From: Verrucomicrobiota bacterium
Lineage (GTDB): Bacteria; Verrucomicrobiota; Verrucomicrobiia; Methylacidiphilales; Verrucolacustridaceae
Assembly (NCBI GenBank): GCA_010025475.1
Contig: RGTE01000001.1
Location: 1-36,361, forward strand
Direction: 5' to 3'
Length of the DNA: 36,361 nucleotides
The notes below the pieces were generated by a model, which saw only the letters and a list, made by a program, of their open reading frames with translations, made no database searches and had not been told where the DNA came from. Positions 26,607 through 35,114 of this stretch are shown here, in pieces (position 1 is the first letter of the stretch; each line of letters opens with the position of its first letter). A program made the position numbers and the translations under genes.

Positions 26607-27632
26607 ATGCCCGCCCGTATCTACCACGACTCTGACGCCAATCTCGGCCCACTGAAAAAACGGAAGGTGGCCGTCATCGGCTTCGGCTCCCAAGGCCACG
26701 CCCACGCCCTCAACCTGAAGAACAGCGGGATCCGGGTCACCATCGGCCTCTACAAGGGGAGCAAATCGATTCCCGTCGCAAAAAAGCACGGATTCAAGGT
26801 GCTCCCCACCGCCGAGGCGGTGCGTGGAGCCGATGTCATTTTCGTGGCCGTGCCCGATCTAAAAATTCCTTCCGTTTACGGCAAGGACATCGCTCCGAAT
26901 CTTAGAAAAGGGCATTGCCTCCTGTTCAGCCACGGCTTCGCCGTCCACTACCAGACCGTTCGCCCGCCCAAGAACGTCGACGTGATTCTCGTCGCGCCGA
27001 AAGGTCCCGGGCACATTGTCCGCCGCCAATACCAGGAAGGCCGGGGCGTGCCGGCGCTTTTCGCCGTGCAGCAAAATCCCACCGGAAACGCGCGCGCCAT
27101 CGCCCTCGCCTGGGCCCGGGGCATCGGCGCCACGCGGGCCGGAGTTCTTCAGACCACCTTCAAGGAGGAGACCGAAACCGATCTCTTCGGCGAGCAAGCT
27201 GTCCTTTGCGGGGGAACCTCCGCCCTGATCCAGGCCGGCTTCGAGGTCTTGGTGAAGGCCGGCTATCAGCCTGAGGTCGCCTACTTCGAAGTACTCCATG
27301 AGCTGAAGCTCATTGTCGACCTCATCAACGAGGCTGGCATCGCCGGGATGCGCTTTTCCATTTCCGAAACCGCCAAGTATGGCGATGTCACCCGCGGTCC
27401 CCGCGTCGTTGACGCCCGCACCAAAAAGGCCATGCAGGCTGTTTTGCAGGAAATCCGCAACGGCAAGTTCGCCCGCGAATGGATCAAGGAGAGCCGCACG
27501 GGAATGAAGCGGTATCACCGCCTTCTCAGGCAGGGGGAAAAACATCCCATCGAGAAGACCGGCCAACGCCTCCGCGCGCTGATGCCCTGGATCCGCCGCC
27601 GGAACCTCAAAGGCGCCCAAGCCGCGTACTAA
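26607..27632 (+). CDS. ilvC: Ketol-acid reductoisomerase (short, class I)
   Basis: [41 protein letters not shown] and [18 protein letters not shown]. Confidence 0.98.
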   Translation: MPARIYHDSDANLGPLKKRKVAVIGFGSQGHAHALNLKNSGIRVTIGLYKGSKSIPVAKKHGFKVLPTAEAVRGADVIFVAVPDLKIPSVYGKDIAPNLRKGHCLLFSHGFAVHYQTVRPPKNVDVILVAPKGPGHIVRRQYQEGRGVPALFAVQQNPTGNARAIALAWARGIGATRAGVLQTTFKEETETDLFGEQAVLCGGTSALIQAGFEVLVKAGYQPEVAYFEVLHELKLIVDLINEAGIAGMRFSISETAKYGDVTRGPRVVDARTKKAMQAVLQEIRNGKFAREWIKESRTGMKRYHRLLRQGEKHPIEKTGQRLRALMPWIRRRNLKGAQAAY

Positions 27633-27712
27633 GACAGGGGACTCTTCCCCAACTTCGAGCTGCCCTCTCCTCCGAGGATGCAAATCCCCCCCATTCGGGG
27701 TAGGATAAACGG

Positions 27713-29278
27713 ATGAGCGACCGCATCCTCATTTTCGACACAACGCTGCGCGATGGCGAACAGTGCCCCGGTGCAGCCATGACCCAGCGCCAAAAGCTGG
27801 AGGTGGCCCGCCAACTGGCCCGCCTGGGGGTCGACATCATCGAAGCCGGCTTTCCCATCGCCAGCCAGGGCGACTTCGAGTCGGTCCGCGAAATCGCCAA
27901 GACCGTGCGCGGTCCCGTGATCTGCGGTCTCGCCCGCTGCGTCCCTGCCGACATCGATGTCGCCGGCGCCGCCATCAAGCCCGCCGGCAAGCAGGGCCGG
28001 ATCCACGTCTTCCTCGGCACCAGCAAAATCCACCGGGAGTTCAAGCTAGGCAAGGCTCGGGAGGAAATCCTTCGCTTAGCCGCCGAAGGGGTCCGTCGCG
28101 CGCGGAAGTTTACTGCCCATGTGGAGTTCTCCCCCGAGGACGCTTCCCGGACGGAAATCGACTTTTTGATCGAGGTGGTGGAAGCCGCTTTGGAGGCTGG
28201 TGCCACCACCATCAACCTCCCCGACACCACCGGTTATGCCACGCCGGAGGAGTATGGCCGGATGTTCCGTGAAGTGATCGCCCGGGCCCGCGGCTCTGGC
28301 AACGCGGTCTTCAGCACTCATTGCCACAACGATCTCGGCTTGGCGGTGGCGAATTCGCTCGCCGGGATCCTCGCGGGCGCTCGCCAAGTGGAGTGCACCC
28401 TCAACGGAATCGGGGAACGGGCCGGCAACGCTGCCTTGGAAGAGGTCGTCATGGCCTTGCGCACCCGGCATGACTCTCTTGGCGAGCTCACCACCGGCAT
28501 CCAGACGCGGGAGATTGTCCGCACCTCACGGCTGGTGTCTGCTGCCTGCAGTTTCCCCGTCCCGCGCAACAAGGCGATCGTGGGTCTGAACGCCTTTGCC
28601 CACAGCTCAGGCATTCATCAGGACGGCATCCTGAAAAAGCGGGAAACTTATGAAATCATGGACCCGGAAGAGGTCGGCTGGGGCAAGACCGAATTGCCAC
28701 TCACGAAGCATAGCGGCCGCGCCGCGGTGGCTTCCCGGCTCAAACATCTTGGCTACTCCCTCAAACCCGCCGAACTGCAGGCCGTGTTCAGCCGGTTCAA
28801 GGAGATCGGGGACCGGAAGAAGTTTGTCTACGACGACGACCTTGTCTCCCTCGTCGGGGCCCAGATTCAGGTCGCACGGGAAACCTATTCCCTGGAAAAA
28901 TTATCGGTTTCCTGCGGCATCGGGGAAAAACCTGAGGCCAAAATCACCCTTCGACATGGACGCAAAAGCCTCTCCGCCGCTGGAACCGGCGACGGGGCGG
29001 TGGATGCGGTGCTGAAGACCATCGACCGGATCACCGGCCTCAAAGGTCATTTGGTCGACTATCAGGTTCGTGCCGTCACCGAGGGCAAGGACGCGGTGGG
29101 GGAAGTCAGCCTCAATGTTCGTTTTGAAACCAAGGCCGAGCCCTGTGGCGGCCGGGCTGCGGCCACGGATGTGATTGAGTCCAGCGCCCGCGCCTATCTG
29201 GCGGCGGTGAATCGCTGGTTCGCCGAGGGTGGCCGGACTCCCCGCGGGAAGTCGCGGCGCACCCTGGCGCACCCGTGA
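27713..29278 (+). CDS. leuA: 2-isopropylmalate synthase
   Basis: FDTTLRDGEQCPG, EAGFP, FSPED, HCHNDLGLAVANS, GERAGN, HSSGIHQDG and regulatory domain GDGAVDA. Confidence 0.97.
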   Translation: MSDRILIFDTTLRDGEQCPGAAMTQRQKLEVARQLARLGVDIIEAGFPIASQGDFESVREIAKTVRGPVICGLARCVPADIDVAGAAIKPAGKQGRIHVFLGTSKIHREFKLGKAREEILRLAAEGVRRARKFTAHVEFSPEDASRTEIDFLIEVVEAALEAGATTINLPDTTGYATPEEYGRMFREVIARARGSGNAVFSTHCHNDLGLAVANSLAGILAGARQVECTLNGIGERAGNAALEEVVMALRTRHDSLGELTTGIQTREIVRTSRLVSAACSFPVPRNKAIVGLNAFAHSSGIHQDGILKKRETYEIMDPEEVGWGKTELPLTKHSGRAAVASRLKHLGYSLKPAELQAVFSRFKEIGDRKKFVYDDDLVSLVGAQIQVARETYSLEKLSVSCGIGEKPEAKITLRHGRKSLSAAGTGDGAVDAVLKTIDRITGLKGHLVDYQVRAVTEGKDAVGEVSLNVRFETKAEPCGGRAAATDVIESSARAYLAAVNRWFAEGGRTPRGKSRRTLAHP

Positions 29279-29282
29279 CCGT

Positions 29283-29939
29283 TTAGTCGAAGCTGGGGTT
29301 GCGCGGGCCCCGATCGTAATCGAAATCTCCCGAGGAGCGGCCCGCACGCTCGCTTTCCTCGATCTCCGCCCGGGGACCGCCCCGGTCATCACGGCGAGGG
29401 CCGCGCTCCGGCCGTTCGCCCATCGACTTGGCGCCGTTGACGATCATCAACCGACCCATGAACTCCGCATCATGGAGTTTTTTGGCGGCTTCCTGGGCGC
29501 CCTCAAGGGTCTGCATCTCGACAAAGCCGAAGCCTTTCGAATTCGAACCCTTGTCCCGGACGATTTCCACATTCCGAACACCGGCAACCTTTCCAAAAAA
29601 ATCAAAAAGGTCGCTTTCGGAGGCGTCGTAGGAAAGGTTCCCGACGTACAGCCGCGGAGTCAGCACCTCCTGCGGCGGGGAGATCCGGGGGCCACGCGGC
29701 GCCCGCGCCTGTCCTTCGGTCCGGGCGGGACGACTCTCGCCCCGACCCTGTTCCCGGTGGGAGGAACCGCCGTTCAGGCCGAACAGCTTTTTCAGCCATC
29801 CCCAGAAACCACCGCTTTTCGCGTGGCTCCCCCGGGATTCATGGCGGAAACCGCCACGTCCGTGGCGATGGTGACGCCGGCGCCGGCGCTCATGGGGACC
29901 GCCGCCCGAGCGGCGTCCTTGATACGAATCATGACTCAT
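29283..29939 (-). CDS. RRM (RNP-1) RNA-binding protein with Arg/Gly/His-rich extensions and an amphipathic helix
   Basis: RNP2 LYVGNL, RNP1 KGFGFVEM and GRLMIVNGAK. N-terminal ERRRRRHHRHGRGG and GFWGWLKKLFG. Confidence 0.93.
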   Translation of the reverse strand: MSHDSYQGRRSGGGPHERRRRRHHRHGRGGFRHESRGSHAKSGGFWGWLKKLFGLNGGSSHREQGRGESRPARTEGQARAPRGPRISPPQEVLTPRLYVGNLSYDASESDLFDFFGKVAGVRNVEIVRDKGSNSKGFGFVEMQTLEGAQEAAKKLHDAEFMGRLMIVNGAKSMGERPERGPRRDDRGGPRAEIEESERAGRSSGDFDYDRGPRNPSFD

Positions 29940-30182
29940 GTTGGTTCTGTCGGCGGGAAGGGATGGCCCGTGGGGACCGACCGGACGAACGGCGTCCGGC
30001 TTGGGGAGGGTTGGCAGCTTGGTTCAGCTGCCGGTTGAAACCATCCCCGTGAGTTGCTTTTGGCTCTCGTTTAGGTCTGCGGGATAAGGGGGCACGCTTT
30101 CGTGAATCCGAATCGATCAATGGTGACCAGAACACCGGATCCGCATGCCACTCAGAAAACTTCCCGCCGCACTCCTTTCAAG
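29940..30182 (-). ncRNA. Candidate structured 5' leader / cis-regulatory RNA of the RRM gene
   Basis: Perfect 10-bp long-range inverted repeat (29951-29960 / 30160-30169) enclosing hairpins at 29981-29999, 30003-30048 and 30093-30104. No known family recognised. Confidence 0.5.
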
Positions 30183-30188
30183 GAACCC

Positions 30189-30216
30189 ATCGTAACTCGA
30201 CGAAGGGAATTTACAA
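30189..30216 (-). promoter_or_regulatory. Putative sigma70 promoter for the RRM gene leader
   Basis: Minus strand TTGTAA-N16-TACGAT with AT-rich upstream sequence. Confidence 0.55.
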
Positions 30217-30223
30217 CAAAACT

Positions 30224-30248
30224 TAAGTCTTTGTTTAGAAATGACTTA
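30224..30248. promoter_or_regulatory. Inverted repeat TAAGTC-N13-GACTTA (IHF-like or other regulator site)
   Basis: taagtc tttgtttagaaat gactta, immediately upstream of the predicted -35 box. Confidence 0.4.
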
Positions 30249-30737
30249 AGCGTGCGAGGCCTTGGCCTCGATCATGGCTGTAGAGCCAACGTTGCCACCG
30301 CTCAGGTAGAAGCCCGCAGCCGCCTGTTGAGGCAGCATCATCATGGCTAGGGCCTCTTTCCAGGTGCCGTCCACCCAGTACGGGGTTCCGAGAAAATCCC
30401 CGGTTTGGCCGAACTCGCCATAAAACCAGGTGTAGTTGTCCAAACCCTCCGCAAAGCCGCCTGTCTGCGCGACCACCAAAGTCTGCCGCCCATCATCCCC
30501 CACCTCGGTCTGGCAGATCAACTCCCCGCCGTCCTGCAGGGTCCATCGCACATCCCAAAATGTGCTCTGCCCCTCCTTCCAGGTGGAGCCATACGCTTTG
30601 ACCATTTGCGTGAGGGCGCGGGCAAAGCGATTCCAGTCATCGATCGCCCATTCACTGGGTTGGAGAATCTGCTGCACCCGCTGGAGACGGGTACGCCACT
30701 CATGGGCGATCCGTCGAAGCTCAACCCGGCTGATCAC
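30246..30737 (-). CDS. Hypothetical protein (Trp/Gly-rich, soluble)
   Basis: 163-aa ORF with protein-like composition. GTG start 9 nt after the upstream stop. Confidence 0.75.
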   Translation of the reverse strand: MISRVELRRIAHEWRTRLQRVQQILQPSEWAIDDWNRFARALTQMVKAYGSTWKEGQSTFWDVRWTLQDGGELICQTEVGDDGRQTLVVAQTGGFAEGLDNYTWFYGEFGQTGDFLGTPYWVDGTWKEALAMMMLPQQAAAGFYLSGGNVGSTAMIEAKASHA

Positions 30738-30746
30738 AACCGATAA

Positions 30747-31337
30747 CTACCGGCGTCGCTCGCTGGAGTCACCTTCCAGCATCGAAAGCCTCTGGCGGAG
30801 AGTGCCAAGGTCCTTGTCGTGACGGCTCGCCTGCGACTTGAGCTGCTCCAGGGACGAGAGCTGCTTGGCCAACTGGGCTCCGGCGGATTCCAAACCACTC
30901 GCCAACTCCGCGTCCCTGGCCTGCAACTCGGCGAGGTCCTTGTTGATCTTCTGCTCCATCTGCGCGACGGTCACACTCTGCTGTTGGATCTGTTTCCAAA
31001 GCACATAGCCGCCAAAGGCGGACAGCGTGGCGCAGCCGACAATGATCAGCAGAAGGCCCAAGCCGACCCCGCTGAGAATCGAGGTGACGGCGCGTTGCTC
31101 CTTCCGCTGGCGATCGATGCTGCGTTTCACGTTGAGGGCGGCGGGGGTGGATCCATTCATGTCTTTTTTTTCCTCCTGCGCAGACTCCAGGGGCGAGGTG
31201 TAGTTCGAAGGACGCGGCGGACCTTTGATCACGAACACCTCCGGCTCTCCCGACGAGCTTCCTGTTGTGGAAGCCCCATTGCCAAAAGGCAGTTCCGGGT
31301 CCGTTGGCGTCGAGGACGAACTGATAGTGTCCCTCAT
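30747..31337 (-). CDS. Single-pass membrane coiled-coil hypothetical protein
   Basis: Disordered Ser/Pro-rich N-terminus, TM ILSGVGLGLLLIIVGCATLSAFGGYVLW, then a long coiled coil. Confidence 0.8.
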   Translation of the reverse strand: MRDTISSSSTPTDPELPFGNGASTTGSSSGEPEVFVIKGPPRPSNYTSPLESAQEEKKDMNGSTPAALNVKRSIDRQRKEQRAVTSILSGVGLGLLLIIVGCATLSAFGGYVLWKQIQQQSVTVAQMEQKINKDLAELQARDAELASGLESAGAQLAKQLSSLEQLKSQASRHDKDLGTLRQRLSMLEGDSSERRR

Positions 31338-31463
31338 GAGTCTGATGTACTAGCAGTTGAGCATCCGGAAGCCGGTTGACCAGCGATTCCTAAGCTAGTT
31401 TTTACCTATTTTTTTGTGATATCCATCCCGCCTTATTCTCTCCCCAATCCGAATCCGGAATTT

Positions 31464-31769
31464 TTAAGACCCCAATCCTTTAACTCCTGATGTTTGCGGG
31501 GTCCCCTTTCCGCTATCCACTTGGCCCAACCCGCGCCCTCTCCGGATTAGACTCTGGGCGTTGAACTGAATCGCCTCCTCCGGACGTTGCCAGAGAATTT
31601 CCAAAATTTTGCAGACCGCTTCGGGCTCTTGGCCGGCGTGATCCATGGCCACCCGCAGGAACTCGGCCGCCTCGCGGATCGGGTAGAGCCCCGGACATGT
31701 TGCCGCCCTTGCGGCCAGCTTCGCCAACAACTCCTCTTGGCGGCGGAGCCAATCGATGGCGGTTTCCAT
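31464..31769 (-). CDS. Small helical hypothetical protein
   Basis: 101-aa ATG ORF in an otherwise unassigned region. Confidence 0.55.
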   Translation of the reverse strand: METAIDWLRRQEELLAKLAARAATCPGLYPIREAAEFLRVAMDHAGQEPEAVCKILEILWQRPEEAIQFNAQSLIRRGRGLGQVDSGKGTPQTSGVKGLGS

Positions 31770-31903
31770 CCATGAATGTTCCCCTTCCCATCAGGGACAT
31801 GTCCAGTGTCCTAAGGAATTTTTTCTTTCCGGCACGGCAGACCCGAAAATTCCCGCAAGCTTTTTTCTCTCGGCCGAATCCAACGGGCGGGCAAAATCAG
31901 ACC

Positions 31904-32278
31904 ATGAAAGTGGATAGACGCGCCGTTGCCGCCGGAACCGCTTTTGGACTGCTGACGGCCCTGGGGCCCTGGTTCCAGGGATTGCCGCTGAACGCCGCCG
32001 CCGCCTTTGCCGCCGGTCTTTTTCTCACCTACGCATCGATTGGCCTGCTCGTGGCAATCCTGCCGAATTTCAACCACCGAATTCTCTCCGGCGGCCTGAT
32101 CGGCCTGATCTACAGCATCCCGGGCGCCGTTTTTACTGCCGTACCCTACCCTCTCGCACCCGAGGCGCCCGCCTATTACCGGGAATTCGTGGGAGGAGGT
32201 CCACGTGCTTTCATTCTCACCCTGATCTTCGGGGCCTTGGCTGGCGCCATCGCGGGCGCGTTTCGCCGCCGCTCATGA
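31904..32278 (+). CDS. Small integral membrane hypothetical protein (~4 TM)
   Basis: MKVDRRAVAAG... with four hydrophobic segments. ATGA overlap with the next gene. Confidence 0.75.
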   Translation: MKVDRRAVAAGTAFGLLTALGPWFQGLPLNAAAAFAAGLFLTYASIGLLVAILPNFNHRILSGGLIGLIYSIPGAVFTAVPYPLAPEAPAYYREFVGGGPRAFILTLIFGALAGAIAGAFRRRS

Positions 32279-32499
32279 AATTCCTCCCGGTGGTCAGCCG
32301 GATCAACGGTCTGCTTTATCGGAGGGAATTTGCCCGGCTTACCTCTCAAGACCGCACGCTGGCTCGGGCCTGGATGCTCCAATTTCTTAAGGCCAACCAT
32401 CCTGACTGGAATCACCAGAGGATTGAAACGGAATACGAAAAGCTTCTCCATTGCCGACCCATCGCGGTGGACGAGTGGACCCGCCGGATGCAGGGATGA
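32275..32499 (+). CDS. Small hypothetical protein (74 aa)
   Basis: ATGA-coupled at both ends. Contains LKANHPDWNHQRIETEY. Confidence 0.65.
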   Translation: MKFLPVVSRINGLLYRREFARLTSQDRTLARAWMLQFLKANHPDWNHQRIETEYEKLLHCRPIAVDEWTRRMQG

Positions 32500-33035
32500 G
32501 ATTCCTCACGCTTACGCTTTTTTTGCTGGTGGGCGCCGCAGCACCCTCTTCCGCCCAAACCAATCCACCGCAACCCGTGGCCTTTCGGATCGGCCCCGTC
32601 CGCTTCGACCGGCCGGAAGGGTGGATGTACTCCCGCCCCGCGGACGGCGTACGGGCCGCCCAGCTCGAAAAAAAATCGGCGGGTACTCCGTTGCGCATCA
32701 CCTTTACCCGCTTCCCTGCCGGATCGGGAGGCACGGTGCCGGCCAACGTCGAGCGCTGGCGGGGCCAATTTCTTTCCCTCGACCATCCCGCCGAGGTTGA
32801 GACTCCCTCGGGGACCGCTCTGCCGCTCACCTTGGTAAAGCTCGGCGGAACCATGAAGGGGGGCGTGCCGGGCGGGCCCGCCCAAGATACCCCGGGCAGC
32901 CTTTTGTTGGGCGCGATCCTCGAATCTCCGGAGGGGCTGGTGGTGGTGAAACTGGCGGGACCGGAACAAGAAATCCGCCGGGAAAAGCCGGCGTTTCTCA
33001 ATCTGGTGAAAAACGCCGCCGGAAGATCGCCTTAG
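32496..33035 (+). CDS. Exported hypothetical protein
   Basis: Signal peptide [20 protein letters not shown]; PEGW...[23 protein letters not shown] and VVKLAGP. Confidence 0.8.
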   Translation: MRFLTLTLFLLVGAAAPSSAQTNPPQPVAFRIGPVRFDRPEGWMYSRPADGVRAAQLEKKSAGTPLRITFTRFPAGSGGTVPANVERWRGQFLSLDHPAEVETPSGTALPLTLVKLGGTMKGGVPGGPAQDTPGSLLLGAILESPEGLVVVKLAGPEQEIRREKPAFLNLVKNAAGRSP

Positions 33036-33421
33036 GCGATCCGCTCCAGCTCTGCCGGGCCATCCAGGCTTAGCTTGCGGTAAAAACAGCTTCTCTCCCC
33101 CGTGTGGCACGCCGCCCCACCCTTCGGAAGCCGCACCCGGAGAACCAGACAGTCCTGATCGCAGTCCACGCGGATCTCCTCCACCACGAGAAAATTTCCC
33201 GAAGTCGCCCCCTTCACCCAAAGCTCTTGGCGGGATCGGCTATAAAACGTGGCCTTTTTCGTGCGCCGGGTCGCCTCCAGGGCCTCCTGGTTCATGTAGG
33301 CGGTCATCAACACCTCGCCGGTGCCGGCATCGACTGCCACGGCCGGAATCAGTCCCTGGGCGTCGAATCTCGGCGCAAAAAGCTCCGGGTTTCCGGTGGA
33401 GGCGGAACGTGCGGAACTCAT
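33032..33421 (-). CDS. hisI: Phosphoribosyl-AMP cyclohydrolase (monofunctional)
   Basis: [39 protein letters not shown] and [11 protein letters not shown]. Confidence 0.95.
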   Translation of the reverse strand: MSSARSASTGNPELFAPRFDAQGLIPAVAVDAGTGEVLMTAYMNQEALEATRRTKKATFYSRSRQELWVKGATSGNFLVVEEIRVDCDQDCLVLRVRLPKGGAACHTGERSCFYRKLSLDGPAELERIA

Positions 33422-33440
33422 CCGGGCGAACCCGGTTGCC

Positions 33441-34520
33441 TTACTTCTTGGCAGGCTGGGCCGGAGCCGGGGCCGGAGTTGCCGGCGAAGGCGGCGCCTG
33501 CACCGGGGGCGTGGTGGCCGTGACCGGCGCGGGTGCCGGGGGCGGCGGCAATAGGATTTTGACCTTCGCCTCCTTGCGCAAATCGTCGAGCAGGAGACGG
33601 CTGGCTTCGCCCTGCTTGAGGCGGCGGAGATGGGCGGCAATTTCGTTCTTCACCTCGTCCAGCTTGAGCGTTTTGGCCGCTTCCTTGGCCTTCACCTTGA
33701 TGAAGTGGTAGCCAAACGGGGTCTCGATCACCCCGCTAACCTTGCCGGGAGGAGTGCTGAAGGCGGTTTCCTCAAACTTCGGTGTCATTTGACCCTTGCT
33801 GAAGGGCGGCAACTCCCCGCCCCGGGCCTTGCTGCCGGGATCGTCGGAAACCTCTTGGGCCACCTTCTCAAACGGCTCGCCCTTGTTCACGCGTGCCAAG
33901 GCACTCTCCGCCGCCTTCTTCTTGGCCGCCTTGGTGGCGGCATCGGCGTTGGCATCCACCTTCACGAGGACATGCTGGGCCCGCACGGTCTCGTTCCGCT
34001 GCCAGAGCTTCGGATTCTCGTTGTAAAACTTCTGCACCTCCTCATCGGTCGGGGCCTTGAGGTTGGGCTCTACCCGGACGCGCATCAGGTTATCGACCTC
34101 CATCTTTTGCTCGATCTCCTTGAGCATGTCCGCCTCGGTCGTCTTGGCCTTGGCCAACTGTTCCTGGAACGCCTGCTCCGTCGGGAAGTTTTTCTTCATC
34201 CGATCCAGCTGTTCCTTGGCGAGGGTGGCCGCATTGGTCATGGGGGACTTGCGGGCCTCGGCCAAAGCCACCTGCCGGTTGATCATCTGGTTCAGGATAT
34301 TCACCTCCAGGGAAGCCAACTGGGGAGGCGGGACCTTGTCGCGGGAGAGGTTGAAGTTGGTGAGCGCCCGGTTCACCTCGGCATCCAGCTGGGCCCGGGT
34401 GATCGTGATGCCGCGACCCTCGGCCACGACGAAGCGGGGGTTGTTGGGATCCTTGACCGCGCAACCCGCCAGGACTGCCGCTATCAAGAGGGAAAGAATC
34501 GAAGAATTACGTTTCAACAT
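33441..34520 (-). CDS. PpiC-type peptidyl-prolyl isomerase lipoprotein (PrsA/SurA-like)
   Basis: Lipobox LAGC; [36 protein letters not shown] and [10 protein letters not shown]; Pro/Ala-rich tail. Confidence 0.92.
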   Translation of the reverse strand: MLKRNSSILSLLIAAVLAGCAVKDPNNPRFVVAEGRGITITRAQLDAEVNRALTNFNLSRDKVPPPQLASLEVNILNQMINRQVALAEARKSPMTNAATLAKEQLDRMKKNFPTEQAFQEQLAKAKTTEADMLKEIEQKMEVDNLMRVRVEPNLKAPTDEEVQKFYNENPKLWQRNETVRAQHVLVKVDANADAATKAAKKKAAESALARVNKGEPFEKVAQEVSDDPGSKARGGELPPFSKGQMTPKFEETAFSTPPGKVSGVIETPFGYHFIKVKAKEAAKTLKLDEVKNEIAAHLRRLKQGEASRLLLDDLRKEAKVKILLPPPPAPAPVTATTPPVQAPPSPATPAPAPAQPAKK

Positions 34521-34620
34521 AGACAGGTGAGGTAAGGGCATCGTCCCGCTTTTGGCAAGCCCGCGGAAGGCCGGGATTCCCCTCTTGCCAACCCCGCCAG
34601 CCCTGGGAAACAGTCTTTCT

Positions 34621-34980
34621 GTGGGAACACAAACCCTGCTTTACGCCGGCATCGGGCTTCTCGCGGGTCTGACCGCCGGTTGGTTCGGGATCGGGGGCGG
34701 AACCATCATCGTTCCGGCCCTGATTCTCCTTTGCGGGGTTCCCTACCACGTTGCCGTGGGCACCTCGCTGGCCCTCATCATCCCCATCAGCCTCGCCGGC
34801 ACCGCCACCAGTTGGAAGCTGAACACGGTGGACTGGAAAATTGCCGCCGGCTGCGCCTTCACCGGCATGGTGGGTGCCGTGCTCGGCTCTTTTTTGATTC
34901 AAAAGGTTCCCGAGATGGTGGCCCGCCGCGCCTTTGCCGTGTTCCTGGTTTATGCCGCTTGGCGGCTCTGGGCAAAATAG
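34621..34980 (+). CDS. TauE/SafE (TSUP) family membrane protein, half-size
   Basis: AGWFGIGGGTIIVPAL, AVGTSL, VDWK and GAVLGS. 119 aa from GTG 34621. Confidence 0.88.
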   Translation: MGTQTLLYAGIGLLAGLTAGWFGIGGGTIIVPALILLCGVPYHVAVGTSLALIIPISLAGTATSWKLNTVDWKIAAGCAFTGMVGAVLGSFLIQKVPEMVARRAFAVFLVYAAWRLWAK

Positions 34981-35076
34981 CTTCCGGAGGAGCACCGCAA
35001 CCGCGCCGGCTTCAAGTCCACCCTTCCCTTTCCGACCGTCAAACCCGAGGCAGACGTAAAGGGCAACGGGCAGTCC

Positions 35077-35105
35077 TTGATCGAAGGGCCGCCCACCGGT
35101 AGGGT
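35077..35105 (+). promoter_or_regulatory. Putative promoter of tRNA-Gln
   Basis: TTGATC-N17-TAGGGT, 9 nt before the tRNA. Confidence 0.5.
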
Positions 35106-35114
35106 TTGGACGTT

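Noticed and set aside
29929-30146. 68-aa GTG ORF and a 9-codon ORF (MRIRCSGHH) inside the RRM leader
   Set aside because: No suitably spaced RBS and no protein-like features. They cannot be supported without ribosome profiling.
29940-30245. Intergenic region as RNase P RNA, tmRNA or SRP RNA
   Set aside because: No GAGGAAAGTCC motif, no tRNA-like T-arm or CCA end, and no SRP loop motif were seen. It is kept as an unassigned structured leader; 6S RNA is not formally excluded.
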